In this document: piece by piece, positions 60,778 to 64,000 of the stretch
Layout of the letters: each line of letters begins with the position of its first letter
How positions within the stretch are numbered: the first letter of the stretch is position 1
DNA from: an uncultured Verrucomicrobiales bacterium
GTDB taxonomy: Bacteria; Verrucomicrobiota; Verrucomicrobiia; Limisphaerales; Palsa-1400
Direction of reading: 5' to 3'
NCBI GenBank assembly: GCA_903927905.1
Contig: CAIYOY010000145.1
Coordinates: 3,871-67,870, forward strand
DNA length: 64,000 bases
The notes under the pieces: model-generated
Database searches by the model: none
What the model was told of the DNA's origin: nothing
Seen by the model: the letters and a program-made list of their open reading frames with translations, nothing else
Program-made: the position numbers and the translations under genes

Positions 60778-62697
60778 TTACTGCTCGACTTCGATTGAGT
60801 CCACCACCAGTTTGCCCTCGGTCGCGCTCAAGGTTATGGCATGACCGGAGTCCGTCAGCAAATGGCTGGTCCAGACCGGTTTCGACGGCTCAGGCTGATC
60901 GGCATGCAAATCAACGCCGCCGGCAATCTGCCCATCCACCCGGATCAGGATGCGCCCAAAGTGCGGGCCTTTCGGACTCCACAGGGTGACCCGGCGGCCC
61001 TGCACATTCCATTTGACGTATTTCTTGTCCGCATTGGCCACGGCGCCAACCCCAAAACGAAATTCCGGTCCATGACTTTCAATCCAGTCCCCGGCTTTTT
61101 CACCCGCGCCCAACAACCCGTCGCCGGAAAGAAAATTGAACTTGGCCGGGTGCGGTTCACCCGTGATCTTAAATGTGTCGGAGGAAATATGAGTATCGGG
61201 CTGTGCTTCCAGTCCAAAAGTCCAGCCATTGGTTTTTGGACCCAGGTTACCCAGATAAAGCAGCCGGTTATTATCCAAAATTTTTAACTTCCCCGTCTGA
61301 TCAAATTGCACGTCCAAATTCCAGCTTGCAATATCCCGCCCGGAAGCCACCACCCGGTTGGTGTTTTCATCGGCTTGGATCAATTGCCATCGGTTTGAAC
61401 TCATCTCCAAAAAATCGCACCGCGTAAACGAAGCCGGATGCAGGGTGGCGTTGGCTTCAGGTATATTTGGCCCGAGCCCGCTGTGGTAATCCAACATTAG
61501 ACGCGCGGTTCCACGCACTTTGAGTCGCGTTTGCAAGCGGCCCTCGTTATAAGCCTTGCCCAATAGCGTCAGGCTCGACCCCTGATGCCCCGTTAGGACA
61601 AAACCGACCGTCTTCATCGGATTTCGCCACAATCGCCCGGCCAGATTCATTGTTCCGAAGCCGTTTTTATCGCGGCTCGGAAATAAAGCCAGCAGATAGC
61701 CGGTGGACGCGACCACCCCGGAAAAGGTCTGACCCCACAATCCGTAAGTCTCATTCTCCACATCATCGGAATGCCAGAGCGAGCCATCCTGCCAAATATC
61801 CCAGGCGCTCGATCTCATCGCTTTTTCCACCGGCACCCGAAACATGACATTGTAATTTCGATTCAACGCCAACGAAGTGGCCGGCGCATAGACCCAATCA
61901 TGATCCACAAAGGCTGGGAAAAATTCGAGCAACGGCGGATGATAATAATTCGACTCCACATTACGCAAAATGACCCGGTCACTATACGGCCCTTCCGGCT
62001 TCGGCGCCGTCATGCCAAAATAGCACCAACTGTTTGGCGGATTGTCCATCACGCCAAGGATCAGCCAGTCGTTTTTCCGGCGAATCAAGGTGGCGCCATA
62101 CGTGCGCTGGTAACGGCCCAGCATGACCGGGAGCTTTTGGTTGCGGGTGATCGGCTCGCGCGCGCGATGGAAGGGGCCTTCGGGTTGCTCGGACCAGGCG
62201 TAACCTAGCCCGCCCAAATTCGTCTCACCCGGTTCCTGCCAGTCATAAACCATGTGGTATCGGCCCTGATCAAAGACCACGCTGACATCGGTGATGCTGC
62301 CACCGTGATCGAATTGGTTCGAGTCTCCTTTCAACACCACTCCCTGGTTTTTCCAAGTTTTACCCAAGTCAATGGAACGGTAGAGGATGCAGTGGCTGGG
62401 GGAGTTGCTCAGCCCTTTTTCGGCAATGTAAGCGTAGCGGGAGACATTGGTCGGATCCAAAAATAAAAACCCATGCCCCGACAATTCCAACGGCGGCGTG
62501 GCGCGATAGATGGGATTGGCCGGGCTGCGCAGAAAAGAGTCAAACGAAGGATCGCCATAGACCGGATGATGCAGCCATTCCTTGGAATAAAGTGATTGGG
62601 CGTAATCAATGGTGCCGAGAGCCCGCGCTTTGGGGGCAAGCGCGAGCAAGACGCAGAAAAGACACCACCACAGTTTGCCTGCCAATTTATCGGCCAT
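60778..62697 (-). CDS. Secreted hypothetical protein, glycoside-hydrolase-like beta-propeller N-domain plus beta-sandwich C-domain
   Basis: It has a signal-like N-terminus (LWWCLFCVLLALAPKARA). YRSIDLGKTWKNQGVVL and VSVVFDQGRYHMVYDW resemble GH32/43/sialidase-type propeller blades. I cannot name a family with confidence. Confidence 0.45.
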   Translation of the reverse strand: MADKLAGKLWWCLFCVLLALAPKARALGTIDYAQSLYSKEWLHHPVYGDPSFDSFLRSPANPIYRATPPLELSGHGFLFLDPTNVSRYAYIAEKGLSNSPSHCILYRSIDLGKTWKNQGVVLKGDSNQFDHGGSITDVSVVFDQGRYHMVYDWQEPGETNLGGLGYAWSEQPEGPFHRAREPITRNQKLPVMLGRYQRTYGATLIRRKNDWLILGVMDNPPNSWCYFGMTAPKPEGPYSDRVILRNVESNYYHPPLLEFFPAFVDHDWVYAPATSLALNRNYNVMFRVPVEKAMRSSAWDIWQDGSLWHSDDVENETYGLWGQTFSGVVASTGYLLALFPSRDKNGFGTMNLAGRLWRNPMKTVGFVLTGHQGSSLTLLGKAYNEGRLQTRLKVRGTARLMLDYHSGLGPNIPEANATLHPASFTRCDFLEMSSNRWQLIQADENTNRVVASGRDIASWNLDVQFDQTGKLKILDNNRLLYLGNLGPKTNGWTFGLEAQPDTHISSDTFKITGEPHPAKFNFLSGDGLLGAGEKAGDWIESHGPEFRFGVGAVANADKKYVKWNVQGRRVTLWSPKGPHFGRILIRVDGQIAGGVDLHADQPEPSKPVWTSHLLTDSGHAITLSATEGKLVVDSIEVEQ

Positions 62698-62703
62698 AAT
62701 AAT

Positions 62704-64000
62704 TTACGCGATCAGTTGTGGAATCACACTGGCTGGTTCCACACCGGTCAAACGTAAATCAAGCCCCTGCGAACGAAAAGTAAAACGTTCATGATTCATG
62801 CCGAGCAATTTCAAGACCGTGGCATGAAAATCGTGGATGTGCACGGGGTCTTTCACGATGTTATAGGAAAAATCATCGGTCTCTCCATAAACCATGCCGG
62901 GCTTCGCGCCGCCACCCGCCATCCACATGGTGAAACAGCGCGGATGATGGTCTCGCCCGTAATTCTCATGGCTCAATCCGCCTTGCGAATAAATCGTGCG
63001 CCCGAATTCCCCGCCCCAGACGATCAAGGTGGATTCAAACAAACCGCGCGCCTTCAGATCCTGAATCAATCCGTAACAGGCCTGGTCCACGTCTTTGCAC
63101 TGCATCGGCAATCGGCCCGACACGTTGGAGTGGGTGTCCCAGTTGTTGTGATAGATCTGCACGAACCGCACGCCGCGTTCCACCATGCGCCGCGCGAGCA
63201 GGGCGCTTTGGGCAAAGGTCCCCGGCTTCTTCGCCTCGTCACCGTACAGTTGATAAGTCGCTTCCGATTCGTTCGCCGTGTTGGTCAATTCCGGCACGCT
63301 CGACTGCATGCGGAACGCGAGTTCAAATTGTTCGATGCGCGTGTGCGTTTCCGGATCACCCACCTGGCGGTAATTCATTTCATTCAAGGCCTTGAGGCCG
63401 TCGAGCGACCGGCGCCGTACGGCGGAAGAAACGCCATTTGGATTGTTGACAAATAAAATCGGATCACCGCCGGAACGGAAGGAAACGCCCGCATGTTCTC
63501 CCGGCAGACAACCCGCCGACCACAGTCGCCCGGAGATGGCCTGGATCTGTTCGGTATTGGTCGGTTTGGCGACCAGCACGACAAACGTCGGCAAATCCTT
63601 GTTCATCGAACCCAGCCCGTACGAAACCCATGAGCCCAAACTAGGCCGCCCAGTGATCTGATTCCCAGTCTGCATATAACAGATCGCCGGTTCATGGTTG
63701 ATAGCCTCCGTGTGCATGGAGCGGATGAAGCACATATCGTCCACCATCTTCGCTGTGTAAGGCAGTAATTCTGTCACCCACATCCCCGATTTGCCGTGCT
63801 GTTGAAATTTATATTTGGAGGGCGCAATGGGAAATCGGGTCTGGCCTGAGGTCATGGTGGTGAGCCGTTGGCCGTTGCGCACCGATTCCGGCAGGTCTTT
63901 GTCGTAATACTCAGCCATCTTTGGCTTGTAATCGTACAAGTCCATCTGCGGCGGGCCGCCGACCATGTGCAAATAAATCACCTGCTTGGCCGTGGCTGGG
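62704..64000 (-). CDS. DUF1501-family (sulfatase-like) protein; the N-terminus lies beyond the window end
   Basis: [31 protein letters not shown] and [12 protein letters not shown] are hallmark DUF1501 blocks. The reading frame stays open to nt 64000. Confidence 0.85.
   Translation of the reverse strand, partial: PATAKQVIYLHMVGGPPQMDLYDYKPKMAEYYDKDLPESVRNGQRLTTMTSGQTRFPIAPSKYKFQQHGKSGMWVTELLPYTAKMVDDMCFIRSMHTEAINHEPAICYMQTGNQITGRPSLGSWVSYGLGSMNKDLPTFVVLVAKPTNTEQIQAISGRLWSAGCLPGEHAGVSFRSGGDPILFVNNPNGVSSAVRRRSLDGLKALNEMNYRQVGDPETHTRIEQFELAFRMQSSVPELTNTANESEATYQLYGDEAKKPGTFAQSALLARRMVERGVRFVQIYHNNWDTHSNVSGRLPMQCKDVDQACYGLIQDLKARGLFESTLIVWGGEFGRTIYSQGGLSHENYGRDHHPRCFTMWMAGGGAKPGMVYGETDDFSYNIVKDPVHIHDFHATVLKLLGMNHERFTFRSQGLDLRLTGVEPASVIPQLIA

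Overview
This 64-kb window is gene-dense chromosomal DNA of moderately high GC. It most likely comes from a Verrucomicrobiota-type (PVC superphylum) bacterium. That guess is inference from four things: a prepilin-type DUF1559 protein with the H-X9-DG motif, a DUF1501 sulfatase-like protein, large secreted Ig-repeat proteins, and characteristic intergenic simple-repeat and palindrome families. I can support about 60 protein-coding genes. Most are housekeeping: NifS / ApbC / SufT-like Fe-S genes, trxB, pncB-pncA and nadB (NAD), hisB, an rpoD-like sigma, apt, argG, panC, recQ, nagA/nagB, ogg and a Cys/Met PLP enzyme. There is also one ECF sigma / anti-sigma pair and one NarL-type two-component pair. 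I recognised no rRNA, tRNA, CRISPR array, transposase or integrase. Accessory content includes at least four toxin-antitoxin-like modules: ParE-like at 509-1025, VapBC at 23911-24581, PIN plus antitoxin at 55784-56400, and a nucleotidyltransferase pair at 30788-32055. There are also one orphan antitoxin-like ORF, two apparent gene remnants and several large secreted proteins. The most interesting locus is 34518-40066. It is a co-directional cluster of secreted proteins in which two paralogous YHYH-motif proteins of unknown function flank a single polypeptide that fuses an MbnP-like domain to an MbnH/MauG-like di-haem peroxidase. I propose it as a candidate undescribed periplasmic metal/redox system. 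Other notable items are a 987-aa ECF sigma factor fused to a membrane segment and a large repeat domain, a PAP2::ArnT-like glycosyltransferase fusion, and a TA module translationally embedded in the Fe-S operon. A structured leader lies upstream of a nucleoside permease, and several families of long inverted repeats and tandem decamers sit exactly at gene boundaries. All functional calls come from motif recognition by eye. No database search was run.
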